DNA of 45,191 nt, from contig JALSOK010000060.1 of NCBI GenBank assembly GCA_026986535.1, positions 1 through 45,191 on the forward strand, given 5' to 3'. The stretch's first letter is position 1. Each line of letters opens with the position of its first letter. This stretch comes from a candidate division WOR-3 bacterium (GTDB lineage Bacteria; Hydrothermota; Hydrothermia; LBFQ01; DSFT01). A model generated the notes under the pieces. It made no database searches. It was not told the origin of the DNA and was given only the letters and a program-made list of their open reading frames with translations. Shown here piece after piece: positions 35,990 to 44,586 of this stretch. A program made the position numbers and the translations under genes.

Positions 35990-37345
35990 ATGAGGATTCT
36001 GTACCAGGTGGCGGGCAGGCTCCCCGGCTCCTCCGAAGATTACAGCATAGTAAATTACAGCGTTGAAGATGTAGGGGAAAATCTGGAGGGTTTTCGAATA
36101 TCTTCTGACGCGCTCAGGTCCCTGAAACCCGATGAATCGAGGGTGGTAATCCTCTTTCCGGTCAGCCTGTTTTATGACAGAATCGAACTCCTGAAGAGAT
36201 CCGGCAGTCTCGAGGGTCTGGAGAGGGACTTTTCATCAGCATTCAGGCAGTACATGAAGGGCGAGTTCGACTCCTTCGTCATACAGTCCACGGGAAGGTA
36301 CCGGAATGTGGAATTCAAAAGCGATTACGACCTGGTGGTACTGCGAATAATGGCCCGGATGATTCAGGATTATCTCAAGTACCAACCCGGCGAGGTGATC
36401 GTGGATATATCCACGGGGCTGAATGTCAATGTGTCGGCCCTTCTGGAGGCTTTCAGGTACTTTCTGATATGGGTGAAGCTGTTCACATACGGGAAGGGGT
36501 CATCCACCCGATTTTACAGGGCCTTCTCCGAGCTGATTATGGAGGCTGACATGAGCAAAACTTACAGGATTCACCTGAAGGAGACCAGTGCGAAGGCCTT
36601 CTTCCTCTCGCCCCTCAATGTCCCTGACCTGAGAAATCTTCCACAGGAGGTCGATGGGAATATGCTGGGGAGGTTTCTGATTACATTCACGGCCCTTTAC
36701 AGAAATGCGCCCCTTTATCTGTATCATGCTGGTTTCGATAGGGCCTCCAGAGTTCTTAATGAGATCCAATCCCTTCTTCATAAAATCGTGAGCCGCAGCG
36801 GGGAGTATTCGATGAGGGATGAGAAAACCGTGGAGTTCCCTCTCCCATTCGACAGGCGGAAGATGACCAATGTTTTGCTTTCCCTGGCCCTTTATGCGAG
36901 AACCGCGGAAATCCTGGAGGAGTATCTTGGAGATGGCTACCAAGAGCGGTACAGCCAGAGGGGTATATCTACCGGTGAACTGCGGGAGGTATTCGTCAAA
37001 GGCATTTATGAGAGACTGGGCCTCGAGATGAATGCATTTTTGCTCAACAATGAGCTGGGGAATATAGAGAAGGCCATAAACGAAAACAGGAACAGGAGCA
37101 TAAAGTACATGTACTCCCGGCAATTCTATCCCCTGTCTTACGCATTCACAGGGGACATTTCGGAGAATCAGTGCGGTGATAACTACAGGCCCAATCCCAG
37201 GAATTTCTTAGCCCATGCCGGTTTCGAAAGATGCATGGTGCTGGCGCGTGGGAGCGGGGATGATATTCGACTGGTGTACCGGAAGGGAAAGGATGTGGAA
37301 GAATTTATCGAGAATACCCTGCTCAATATAGACCCCACCTTTTGA
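35990..37345 (+). CDS. csx1: CARF-HEPN protein, Csx1/Csm6 (Cas_DxTHG/TM1812-like) family; orphan CRISPR ancillary RNase
   Basis: 451 aa. N-terminal Rossmann-like CARF with DISTGLN (variant DxTHG motif, nt 36404-36424). C-terminal RNFLAH (Rx4H HEPN motif in RN..AHAG context, nt 37199-37216). Confidence 0.72.
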   Translation: MRILYQVAGRLPGSSEDYSIVNYSVEDVGENLEGFRISSDALRSLKPDESRVVILFPVSLFYDRIELLKRSGSLEGLERDFSSAFRQYMKGEFDSFVIQSTGRYRNVEFKSDYDLVVLRIMARMIQDYLKYQPGEVIVDISTGLNVNVSALLEAFRYFLIWVKLFTYGKGSSTRFYRAFSELIMEADMSKTYRIHLKETSAKAFFLSPLNVPDLRNLPQEVDGNMLGRFLITFTALYRNAPLYLYHAGFDRASRVLNEIQSLLHKIVSRSGEYSMRDEKTVEFPLPFDRRKMTNVLLSLALYARTAEILEEYLGDGYQERYSQRGISTGELREVFVKGIYERLGLEMNAFLLNNELGNIEKAINENRNRSIKYMYSRQFYPLSYAFTGDISENQCGDNYRPNPRNFLAHAGFERCMVLARGSGDDIRLVYRKGKDVEEFIENTLLNIDPTF

Positions 37346-37354
37346 TTTAAAATT
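37346..37354 (+). promoter_or_regulatory. -10-like box TTTAAAATT
   Basis: Starts 1 nt after the csx1 stop. 5 nt before the ATG at 37360. Confidence 0.55.
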
Positions 37355-37359
37355 CCCGC

Positions 37360-38223
37360 ATGAGGATTCTGGTCTTCGATGTGGGAGGAACATACACCAA
37401 ATATGCCCTCGTGGAGGATTATGAAGTCAGGGACCGGCACAGGATTCGAACCCCCAGGGAGAACTTCATGGAGGAGCTGACCTCCATATCGAAAGGGTTT
37501 CGGGGGCTGGACGGGATTGCAGTCGGTTTTCCAGGAATCGTTTCCGAAGATGGTTCTGTGCTCTTTGCTCCCCATCTTCCATCCATGGTGGGAAGGAGTA
37601 TCAGGAGAATCGTGGATATTCCGGTTATTATCGACAACGATGCGAATCTGTTTGCCCTGGGTCAGTATGTCCTGATGAGGGGTGATGGGGTGCGTAATCT
37701 TGTGGGCATTACACTCGGAACGGGAGTAGGGGGAGGAATAGTTATAGATGGGAGGCTCTACAGGGGCAGGGGAGGGGCGGGGGAGGTTGGACACATAATC
37801 ATCGATGTGGATGGACCCCGGTGCGACTGCGGAAATTATGGATGTGCGGAGGCCTTCCTGGGGGGAGCCTACTTTTTCCACAGGTGCATGACATGGTTCG
37901 AGAGGAAGGGCATTCGTGTGGAGGAGCTTGATGGAGAAAAACTCAGGGAGATGGCCGACAGAGGCATAGAACCTGCCGGAGAATGCTGGGAGTGGTACGG
38001 CAGAAGGCTGGCGGTTCTCGTGGCTTCCCTCATTAATATCTTTGCTCCGGATGCCGTTATGCTGGGGGGTGGTCTTTCGGGGGCATTCGACCATTTCTCC
38101 GCCTCCATGTTCGGGGAGCTGGAAAGGTATCTTGGGGAGAGGTTGAGGGGAGTCCGTGTGGAGGAGGGGATTGAGAAGGAAATTTCCCCTTTTCTGGGAG
38201 GTTTTGAATTGTTTATGGTTTAA
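37360..38223 (+). CDS. ROK-family sugar kinase (glucokinase-like)
   Basis: 287 aa. FDVGGT, GITLGTGVGGGIV, and the GHIIID...CDCGNYGCAEAF zinc motif. Confidence 0.88.
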   Translation: MRILVFDVGGTYTKYALVEDYEVRDRHRIRTPRENFMEELTSISKGFRGLDGIAVGFPGIVSEDGSVLFAPHLPSMVGRSIRRIVDIPVIIDNDANLFALGQYVLMRGDGVRNLVGITLGTGVGGGIVIDGRLYRGRGGAGEVGHIIIDVDGPRCDCGNYGCAEAFLGGAYFFHRCMTWFERKGIRVEELDGEKLREMADRGIEPAGECWEWYGRRLAVLVASLINIFAPDAVMLGGGLSGAFDHFSASMFGELERYLGERLRGVRVEEGIEKEISPFLGGFELFMV

Positions 38224-38261
38224 CTTAGCCTTAACACTTTTGATTTCAGGTGTTTTTCACC

Positions 38262-38270
38262 TTTAAACTT
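38262..38270 (+). promoter_or_regulatory. -10-like box TTTAAACTT, leadered type
   Basis: 25-nt leader with SD AAGGAGGTG before the ATG at 38296. Confidence 0.55.
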
Positions 38271-38295
38271 ATTTAAACGAACAAGGAGGTGTAAG

Positions 38296-39387
38296 ATGAG
38301 ACGCATAGGGATAGTATTTGGAATGTTGGCTCTTGTAGGGACCCTTAGGGCTACAGATACCAGGGTCTGGACGCTGACGCAGGGCTCTGTTGGTTTTCTC
38401 CCTGATGATGAAGTGAATGTGCAGTTCTTCCCTGCCCAGATGTTCGAGTTCGGTAGTTTCGTGACTATCGAGCGACCTATAGTTCCTGGAGGTAGTATTA
38501 TTGGTATCTATGGTTATGCTTCTGCCTTTTATGTCTCGGATCAGTTTGGTCTCGGTTTATACCTTGGTAGACCATTCGATCTAAATATGAATATTGCAAA
38601 CATATCTGTAGCTCCGGTTAATATGGTTTTTGGAGTAAAGTCGGGTTCTAACGCTTTTGCGTTAAACCTGGCGTTGAATAAGTATGGTTTTACCAGCTAT
38701 GATACTAATTACAAGGAATCTGCAACTGTGTTCTCCTTTAGACCCGGTTTTGCTCTCGATCTTGGTGGTGGAGCATTGGATGGAAGTTTTCATATAACCT
38801 ATGCAAATGGAGCGGTTGGTGACACTTCAGGCAGTTCTTTTATGGAGAAGCTGTCTGAGTTCAGCCTGGGTGTTACATTTCGCTACAGGGGTCCTGTCAT
38901 AGTTCCGTTTGAACTTGCTTATAGTCGGAGTTCAGATACTTTGCTGGCCAATCCCAAGTCCAAGAACTCCACGATCTTTGTTGGGACTGGTGTTGGAAAT
39001 AAGGTTGCTCTGAATGATAGAATTTCTATTGTGGCTTATGGAGATGTAGGTTTTATCAATTTCTCTTCAAGTGACACAACTGGAAATAAGTCGCTCTATC
39101 TTGGGACTGTGATCGGCGGAGAGTTCAATGTGTGGAGAGGATTGATTCTCAGAGGTTCGCTGGGATATAATATCTTGAATTTCAATTCTTTCAATGATAA
39201 CTTCCGTTCTTCTTACTTCTCATTTGGAGACTTCGGCTTCTTCACTCTGGGTGCCGGGTATGACCTCGGATTTGCGAGGGTGGATGTGGCCCTTTCCACG
39301 GATCTCCTTACCAACGGCCCGTACTTCCTGACGGGCAATACCGGAAGTTCCATAATAACCATGCTCTCCATACTCGGAAAGTTCTGA
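38296..39387 (+). CDS. putative outer-membrane beta-barrel protein (porin-like)
   Basis: 363 aa. Signal peptide MRRIGIVFGMLALVGTLRA. Alternating-hydrophobic, Gly/aromatic-rich strands. C-terminal Phe. T-rich third codon positions, unlike neighbouring genes. Confidence 0.7.
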   Translation: MRRIGIVFGMLALVGTLRATDTRVWTLTQGSVGFLPDDEVNVQFFPAQMFEFGSFVTIERPIVPGGSIIGIYGYASAFYVSDQFGLGLYLGRPFDLNMNIANISVAPVNMVFGVKSGSNAFALNLALNKYGFTSYDTNYKESATVFSFRPGFALDLGGGALDGSFHITYANGAVGDTSGSSFMEKLSEFSLGVTFRYRGPVIVPFELAYSRSSDTLLANPKSKNSTIFVGTGVGNKVALNDRISIVAYGDVGFINFSSSDTTGNKSLYLGTVIGGEFNVWRGLILRGSLGYNILNFNSFNDNFRSSYFSFGDFGFFTLGAGYDLGFARVDVALSTDLLTNGPYFLTGNTGSSIITMLSILGKF

Positions 39388-39396
39388 TATGAGTCT

Positions 39397-39414
39397 GGGT
39401 GCCGGACGGCACCC
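39397..39414. terminator. GC-rich hairpin between convergent genes (possible bidirectional terminator)
   Basis: GGGTGCC-GGAC-GGCACCC. No clean U-tract on either side. Confidence 0.4.
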
Positions 39415-39421
39415 TTAAATT

Positions 39422-40186
39422 CTATCTTCCTATAAAGAGTCTTGCGGCCAGCTCTTCGGGAAGCCCCGCTCTTCTAATCTTTTCGGCGGTAATCTCCAGG
39501 GGATATTCCGTGCGTTCTATCCTGAATTTTGCTCTCCCCCGCCTAATTTCGAGGAGTCCGAAACTGGCGCGGGGATCTCCATCCCTCGGCTGTCCCACGC
39601 TGCCGGGGTTCAGGATGTGGATGTCGTCGGTGGACAGATTGTGCTCTTCGAATGGCCGGGGAACCACATGGGTCATTCCCCTCATGGTGCGCGAGAATAT
39701 GGCGGGTACATGGGTATGCCCCACCAGGGCGGCCCATCCCCGCACATATCCCATGTACATTCGGGCTCTGGCGATGTCGTATATGTACTGCCAGTCCAGG
39801 GGGTATCCGGGGGATGCATGTACTATGTGGAGGTCCTTCCAGAATATCTCCAGCCCCAGCCGGGCAATAGTGTTTATCGTTCTTTCGCTGGTATTGTGAA
39901 ATGTCCAGAGGAGGGACTTTCTGGCAACGGGGCTGAAGTGATTCAGAATCTTCGTCCTGTTCCGGGGGTTGCTCCACAGCTTTACCAGGCCATAGTCGTG
40001 GTTTCCCATTACGGCTTTATCGGACACCTCGTCGCATATTCGGGTCACTTCATCGGGATCGGGACCGTATCCCACCACATCTCCCAGGCAGATTACAGCA
40101 TCGGGTTTTATATCTCTGACCCGCTTTAGCACTTCCTCGAGGGCTTCGAGATTGCCGTGCACATCGGACAGTATGGCTATGAGCAT
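39422..40186 (-). CDS. metallophosphoesterase (YfcE/MJ0936-like)
   Basis: 254 aa. ILSDVHGN, GDVVGYGPDP, GNHD, GHTH. Confidence 0.88.
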   Translation of the reverse strand: MLIAILSDVHGNLEALEEVLKRVRDIKPDAVICLGDVVGYGPDPDEVTRICDEVSDKAVMGNHDYGLVKLWSNPRNRTKILNHFSPVARKSLLWTFHNTSERTINTIARLGLEIFWKDLHIVHASPGYPLDWQYIYDIARARMYMGYVRGWAALVGHTHVPAIFSRTMRGMTHVVPRPFEEHNLSTDDIHILNPGSVGQPRDGDPRASFGLLEIRRGRAKFRIERTEYPLEITAEKIRRAGLPEELAARLFIGR

Positions 40187-40711
40187 TTAACTTTCCTCAA
40201 CCACCTCTTTCAACCCGAGATCCTGTGCAATTCTATCGAGTATGGCATTGATCATCTTTGCCGCCTTTTCTGTGGCCAGGTCTGTGGTTATCTTCACTGC
40301 TTCCGTAATGACCACCCTGTAATCCGTATCCAGCCCCATCATCTCGGATGTGGCTGTCTTGAGTATGGATTTTTCCACATTGAAGATCCTCTCGTAGTCT
40401 ATCCCCTCGAGGTTCCTCTTTATTATATCCTCCACGGCAGTTCTGTTTGCCGAGTATATTTCCAGTATCCGCTCCGCAAACTCCACGATGGAATGCCAGT
40501 TCTCCAGGTCCCTTTTGAATCTGGCCAGTTGCCTTTCTGTTTTCACATCGTATTCTTCTGGATTGCTCACGACCCTTTGGAAGAAATCCCTCCTTTCGTT
40601 TATCACATCTGTGAAAGCTTTTTCGAGAGGAATTCCCATGAGCTCCGAGGTGTAGATGGATTCCACCGCAAGGACCCTCGCAAGCCTCCGTCCATGAAAG
40701 GGATAAACCAT
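40187..40711 (-). CDS. nusB: transcription antitermination factor NusB
   Basis: 174 aa. RRLARVLAVESIY N-terminus and C-terminal ...AVKITTDLATEKAAKMINAILDRI. Confidence 0.8.
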   Translation of the reverse strand: MVYPFHGRRLARVLAVESIYTSELMGIPLEKAFTDVINERRDFFQRVVSNPEEYDVKTERQLARFKRDLENWHSIVEFAERILEIYSANRTAVEDIIKRNLEGIDYERIFNVEKSILKTATSEMMGLDTDYRVVITEAVKITTDLATEKAAKMINAILDRIAQDLGLKEVVEES

Positions 40712-40719
40712 AGGTGCAG

Positions 40720-40729
40720 AATTTTAAGG
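40720..40729 (-). promoter_or_regulatory. -10-like box CCTTAAAATT (minus strand) for nusB
   Basis: 8 nt before the ATG at 40711. Confidence 0.5.
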
Positions 40730-40732
40730 TTT

Positions 40733-41311
40733 TTAAAGCTGGCGTGAATGGGAAAATTGAATGGAGGAGGCTATCGGGATGGGCTCGGAATTGATTTTAC
40801 GCTTCGCCCTGTCGTATATGTACATGTATCCGTAGAAGTACCTGTCGGATTTGAGCGTTCCCCCGATTATTTTGATTTTGTTCCCCTCTATCGATATTCC
40901 TATGGCCGGAACCATCTTGTACCTGGATATGGGTATGTCCATCCTGAGGATTTTGTAAGAAGCTCCCCTCTTCGTGGGATAGATGAAGTAGAGGTTGCGA
41001 TTCATATACATGACGACCACATCTCCCAGGTTATAGACCCGGACCCTTATCTGCCATCCGTTGCATCTGCCGTTGTTGACCGGTGCAGTCAGTATTTCGT
41101 TCCCCCTGCTATCGTAAACCGTAAAGACCCCGTACGGATTTATTTCGAATTTATAGTTTCCAATCTGCATTTCCTTTGAGTTGAAGCAATCCTCGAATTC
41201 AGGGAGTTCCACTTCCTTCTCCTTCGCATTTTCGATGGCCCTGACTATATAGGCCGTATCGAGTCTTACCGGCTCCTCTGCCTGTGCGATTATTATGCTG
41301 AGAAAAATCAT
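40733..41311 (-). CDS. hypothetical protein with a short N-terminal signal-like segment
   Basis: 192 aa. MIFLSIIIAQA... No family recognised. Confidence 0.55.
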   Translation of the reverse strand: MIFLSIIIAQAEEPVRLDTAYIVRAIENAKEKEVELPEFEDCFNSKEMQIGNYKFEINPYGVFTVYDSRGNEILTAPVNNGRCNGWQIRVRVYNLGDVVVMYMNRNLYFIYPTKRGASYKILRMDIPISRYKMVPAIGISIEGNKIKIIGGTLKSDRYFYGYMYIYDRAKRKINSEPIPIASSIQFSHSRQL

Positions 41312-41316
41312 GCTAT

Positions 41317-41325
41317 AAGTTTATA
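41317..41325 (-). promoter_or_regulatory. -10-like box variant TATAAACTT (minus strand)
   Basis: 5 nt before the ATG at 41311. Confidence 0.45.
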
Positions 41326-41377
41326 GGACGGCCTTCCGGTGAAACGAACGCCCTGCGGGAGTTTGGCATTTATAACA

Positions 41378-41394
41378 GGGGGAAGATTTCCCCC
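41378..41394 (-). terminator. hairpin at the glnA 3' end (putative terminator)
   Basis: GGGGGAA-GAT-TTCCCCC, overlapping the glnA stop. An A/T-rich tract follows on the minus strand. Confidence 0.4.
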
Positions 41395-42800
41395 TATACA
41401 TCGAAGTAGAGGAAGAATTCCGTGGGAGTCACGGTGGTTCTGTGCAGTTCCACTTCCTTTTCCATCTTGTACGATACGAACTTATCTATGAGGGTATCGC
41501 TGAATGCCCCTGTGGATGTCAGCAGTTTCCGGTTGTCGGAGAGGCTCCTGAGGGCTTCTTCCAGGCCGGGCAGGAGCTGGGGGAGATTTCTTCTTTCTTC
41601 ATCGCTCAGGGAGTATATGTTCTTCTCCATGGGGTCTCCGGGATGGATTTTTCTCCTTATTCCATCGATTCCCGCTATGAGGAGGGCGCTGAGGGCCAGG
41701 TAGGGGTTGGAGGAGGGGTCCGGAAAGCGGGCTTCTATTCTCTTCGAGGAAGGTGTGGTGGAGTACATGGGGACCCTTATGGCGGCGCTCCTGTTCCTCC
41801 GGGCATAAATGAGGTATGTGGGGGCTTCGTACCCCGGAACGAGGCGCTTGAAGGAGTTTATGGTGGGATTGGTGAATGCGAGTATCCTGTTGGCGTTTTC
41901 CAGAATTCCACCGATGTAGTGAAGGGCTGTTTCCGACAATCCGCCGTATCCTTCCCCTGCAAATATGTTCTTTCCATCCTTCCAGAGCGACATGTGGACA
42001 TGCATTCCCGAGCCGTTGTCTCCTGTGATGGGCTTGGGCATGAATGTGACTGTTTTGCCGTATTTCTTTGCCACATTTCTGAGGATGTACTTGTACCACA
42101 TTATTTTATCGGCCATGTTGACCAGGGTATCGTACTTCAGGTCTATCTCCCCCTGTCCTCCTGTGGCCACTTCGTGGTGGAAAGCCTCCACAGGAATGCC
42201 GAGGCTTTCGAGTATTTCGCAGGTTTCCGCCCTTATGTTGTGGAGGGTGTCCCATGGGGGAACGGGTAAATAGCCCTCCTTATGCCTAATCTGATATCCA
42301 AGTCCCTCCTCCTTGTCTGTATTCCAGATGGCTTCCATGGAGTCTATTTCGTAGAGGGCTTCGCGGCTGTTCAGTTTGTATCTGACCCTGTCGAAGATGA
42401 AGAATTCCACCTCGGGGCCGAAGTAGGCCTCGTCTGCTATCCCCGTGCTCTTCAGATAATCGTGGACCTTCTTTGCCACATATCGGGGATCCAGGGGATA
42501 CGGTTCCCCCGTGAGGGGGTCATATACTTCGCTTATCAGTACAGCGGTTTTCGGCTCCATGAAGGGGTCTATCCTGACGCTGGAGGGGTCCGGTTTCAGG
42601 AGCATGTCCGATTCGTAAATCTCCTGCCATAGCTTTATGGAGGAGCCGTCGAACCCTATCCCATTCTCCAGGAGGTCCCTGTCCAGAGCGTGAACCGGAA
42701 GGGTTATGTGGTGCCATACCCCCAGTATATCCACGAAGCGGATATCCACATACTTTACCTTCTCCGCCTTCAGGTAATGAAGGAGCTCATCGATATTCAT
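41394..42800 (-). CDS. glnA: glutamine synthetase, type I
   Basis: 468 aa. Typical GSI blocks (FDGSSI, GSGMHVHMSLW, NPYL). SD GGAGGTGG upstream. Confidence 0.95.
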   Translation of the reverse strand: MNIDELLHYLKAEKVKYVDIRFVDILGVWHHITLPVHALDRDLLENGIGFDGSSIKLWQEIYESDMLLKPDPSSVRIDPFMEPKTAVLISEVYDPLTGEPYPLDPRYVAKKVHDYLKSTGIADEAYFGPEVEFFIFDRVRYKLNSREALYEIDSMEAIWNTDKEEGLGYQIRHKEGYLPVPPWDTLHNIRAETCEILESLGIPVEAFHHEVATGGQGEIDLKYDTLVNMADKIMWYKYILRNVAKKYGKTVTFMPKPITGDNGSGMHVHMSLWKDGKNIFAGEGYGGLSETALHYIGGILENANRILAFTNPTINSFKRLVPGYEAPTYLIYARRNRSAAIRVPMYSTTPSSKRIEARFPDPSSNPYLALSALLIAGIDGIRRKIHPGDPMEKNIYSLSDEERRNLPQLLPGLEEALRSLSDNRKLLTSTGAFSDTLIDKFVSYKMEKEVELHRTTVTPTEFFLYFDV

Positions 42801-42890
42801 AAACCACCTCCGTGCTGTAAAGATTCCGGAGATTCAAAGGGACCCCTTTGTCCTGAGATGGGGCCACCCCATTGTGGCCCCCGCGTTGAA

Positions 42891-42964
42891 TGGGCGGTGC
42901 AGGAGTCGAACCTGCGACCTCCACGATGTCAACGTGGCGCTCTAACCACCTGAGCTAACCGCCC
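42891..42964 (-). tRNA. tRNA-Val (anticodon GAC)
   Basis: 74-nt cloverleaf on the minus strand: GGGCGGT acceptor, anticodon loop UUGACAU, T-arm GCAGGTTCGACTCCTGC. No encoded CCA. Confidence 0.92.
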
Positions 42965-42973
42965 GACAGCAAC

Positions 42974-42985
42974 AAATTTTAAAGG
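42974..42985 (-). promoter_or_regulatory. -10-like box CCTTTAAAATTT (minus strand) for tRNA-Val
   Basis: 9 nt before the mature tRNA 5' end. Confidence 0.6.
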
Positions 42986-43017
42986 TTTCCCTCTGTCTGT
43001 TCAATATGCCGTTTTAT

Positions 43018-44493
43018 TCACATGAACTTTTCCTCTATCTTTTCCGCCGGCAGTTCGTATATGATGACTTCTCCCTCCGATGTGAGACCTGGATTCTCCA
43101 TCGAGAAGAGCCTTTCCACTATGGCTCTGCTCTTCATTCTGTAGTGTCTGGAGGCCACAGACAGAAGACGATTTATGAATCTCTTCAGGTCGAAGGGCCC
43201 TTTCCTGTCGGAGAATGCGGAAAGGACCTCCATAACCTCTTCGGGCGCCGCCCCTTCCATGATTTGAGGTATCCCCTTCAGAACGAAGGAGTTTTTCAGC
43301 TCCACAATGTCGAATCCGTAGGTCCTGAGCAGATTCCTGTCGCTTTCGTTTATCCGGAATTTAATGGGCATGGGGACGGGCAGGGTGGTGGAAGAGAGCC
43401 TTTTACTGCTCTGCAGTATGGATTCCAGAATTTTTTTCAGCGCCCTCTGTCGGTGGATAAAGAGGAGCTTCGTCCTTGAGGAGACCACTATATAATCCTT
43501 CCACTCGAAAATACCCTTATCACTGCTTTCCTCTTTCCTCTCTTCCCTGCGTGTAAATAGATTTTCCTCCATGCGGATTATGGTCTTTCTGCCCCTGACG
43601 AATCGGGACAGTCTGTCGTAGAACTTCAGGCTTCTGGAGAACCTTATCTGCAACTTCTGGGGATGGACATTTACATCGATGAGGGCGGGAGGAACTTCCA
43701 CGAAGAGGATGTAGTTTTTGACATCATACCTTCCGAGTATTTCCGTTATTCTGCTGTCCACCACGGGACGCCTGTTGACGAATATCCTCTGAGCTTTGCC
43801 GCTTATGTGGTAGAGGATTACGGTCAGGTCGTCTTCTTTCAGTTCCTGCCTGTCCTTTATTCCGTAGATGTCCTCTATTCTTTCGTCCAGCGTGCTTCTC
43901 GCCCTGTAGTGCTGAATCCGGTTGGAGCTGCGCAGGTGGAATTCGATGTTCTCGTGGGATAGAACATAGTTGAGCCATGTGTTCTTTATGCGGGAGGATT
44001 CGCTTCGGGAACTGCTGAGAAATCTCCTGCGGACCGGAACATTGAAGAAGAGGTCCTCCACGATTACCGTCGTCCCCTTTCCGCAGGCGCAGGGACGCAT
44101 GTCCATGAGGTTGCCACCCTCTACATATATCTCATATCCCTCCACTCCATCGGTGCTGCTCCTTATGTGCATTCTGGATACGGATGCTATGGAGTGGAGG
44201 GCTTCGCCCCTGAAGCCCATGGTGGAGATTCGCTCCAGGTCTTCCAGAGTGCGAATCTTGCTGGACCAGTTCTTCTTTATTACATTGGGCAGGTCCTCCC
44301 TGGAAATCCCCTCCCCGTTGTCCACCACTTTTATGAAGGAGAGTCCCGAGCCCCTTATGAATACCGCTATGCTCGTGGCTCCCGCATCTATCGAGTTCTC
44401 GATGAGCTCTTTGACGACAGATGATGGGGACTGGATGACCTCCCCCGCATAAATCTTATTGACCACGAAAGGGGGCAGAGGCCTGACCTTCAT
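43018..44493 (-). CDS. mutL: DNA mismatch repair protein MutL, short form with degenerate endonuclease motifs
   Basis: 491 aa. The N-terminal GHKL ATPase is canonical (IYAGEVIQSPSSVVKELIENSIDAGA, VDNGEGI, GFRGEAL). The C-terminal domain is divergent. Confidence 0.9.
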   Translation of the reverse strand: MKVRPLPPFVVNKIYAGEVIQSPSSVVKELIENSIDAGATSIAVFIRGSGLSFIKVVDNGEGISREDLPNVIKKNWSSKIRTLEDLERISTMGFRGEALHSIASVSRMHIRSSTDGVEGYEIYVEGGNLMDMRPCACGKGTTVIVEDLFFNVPVRRRFLSSSRSESSRIKNTWLNYVLSHENIEFHLRSSNRIQHYRARSTLDERIEDIYGIKDRQELKEDDLTVILYHISGKAQRIFVNRRPVVDSRITEILGRYDVKNYILFVEVPPALIDVNVHPQKLQIRFSRSLKFYDRLSRFVRGRKTIIRMEENLFTRREERKEESSDKGIFEWKDYIVVSSRTKLLFIHRQRALKKILESILQSSKRLSSTTLPVPMPIKFRINESDRNLLRTYGFDIVELKNSFVLKGIPQIMEGAAPEEVMEVLSAFSDRKGPFDLKRFINRLLSVASRHYRMKSRAIVERLFSMENPGLTSEGEVIIYELPAEKIEEKFM

Positions 44494-44503
44494 TAGATTG
44501 TAA

Positions 44504-44577
44504 TGGGCGGTGGAGGAGTCGAACCTCCGACCTCTCGGTTATCAGCCGAGCGCTCTAACCGCCTGAGCTAACCGCCC
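44504..44577 (-). tRNA. tRNA-Ile (anticodon GAU)
   Basis: 74-nt cloverleaf on the minus strand: GGGCGGT acceptor, anticodon loop CUGAUAA, T-arm GGAGGTTCGACTCCTCC. No encoded CCA. Confidence 0.92.
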
Positions 44578-44586
44578 TGCTGGACC

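Noticed and set aside
35990-37371. Identical first 12 nt (ATGAGGATTCTG, MRIL) of csx1 and the ROK kinase gene
   Set aside because: The identity stops after 12 nt and the proteins are unrelated. It is most simply a coincidence, or a shared preference at leaderless 5' ends.
39399-40129. Plus-strand ORFs 39399..39899, 39617..40129 and 39652..39870
   Set aside because: They are antisense to the well-supported metallophosphoesterase gene, and their translations are low-complexity.
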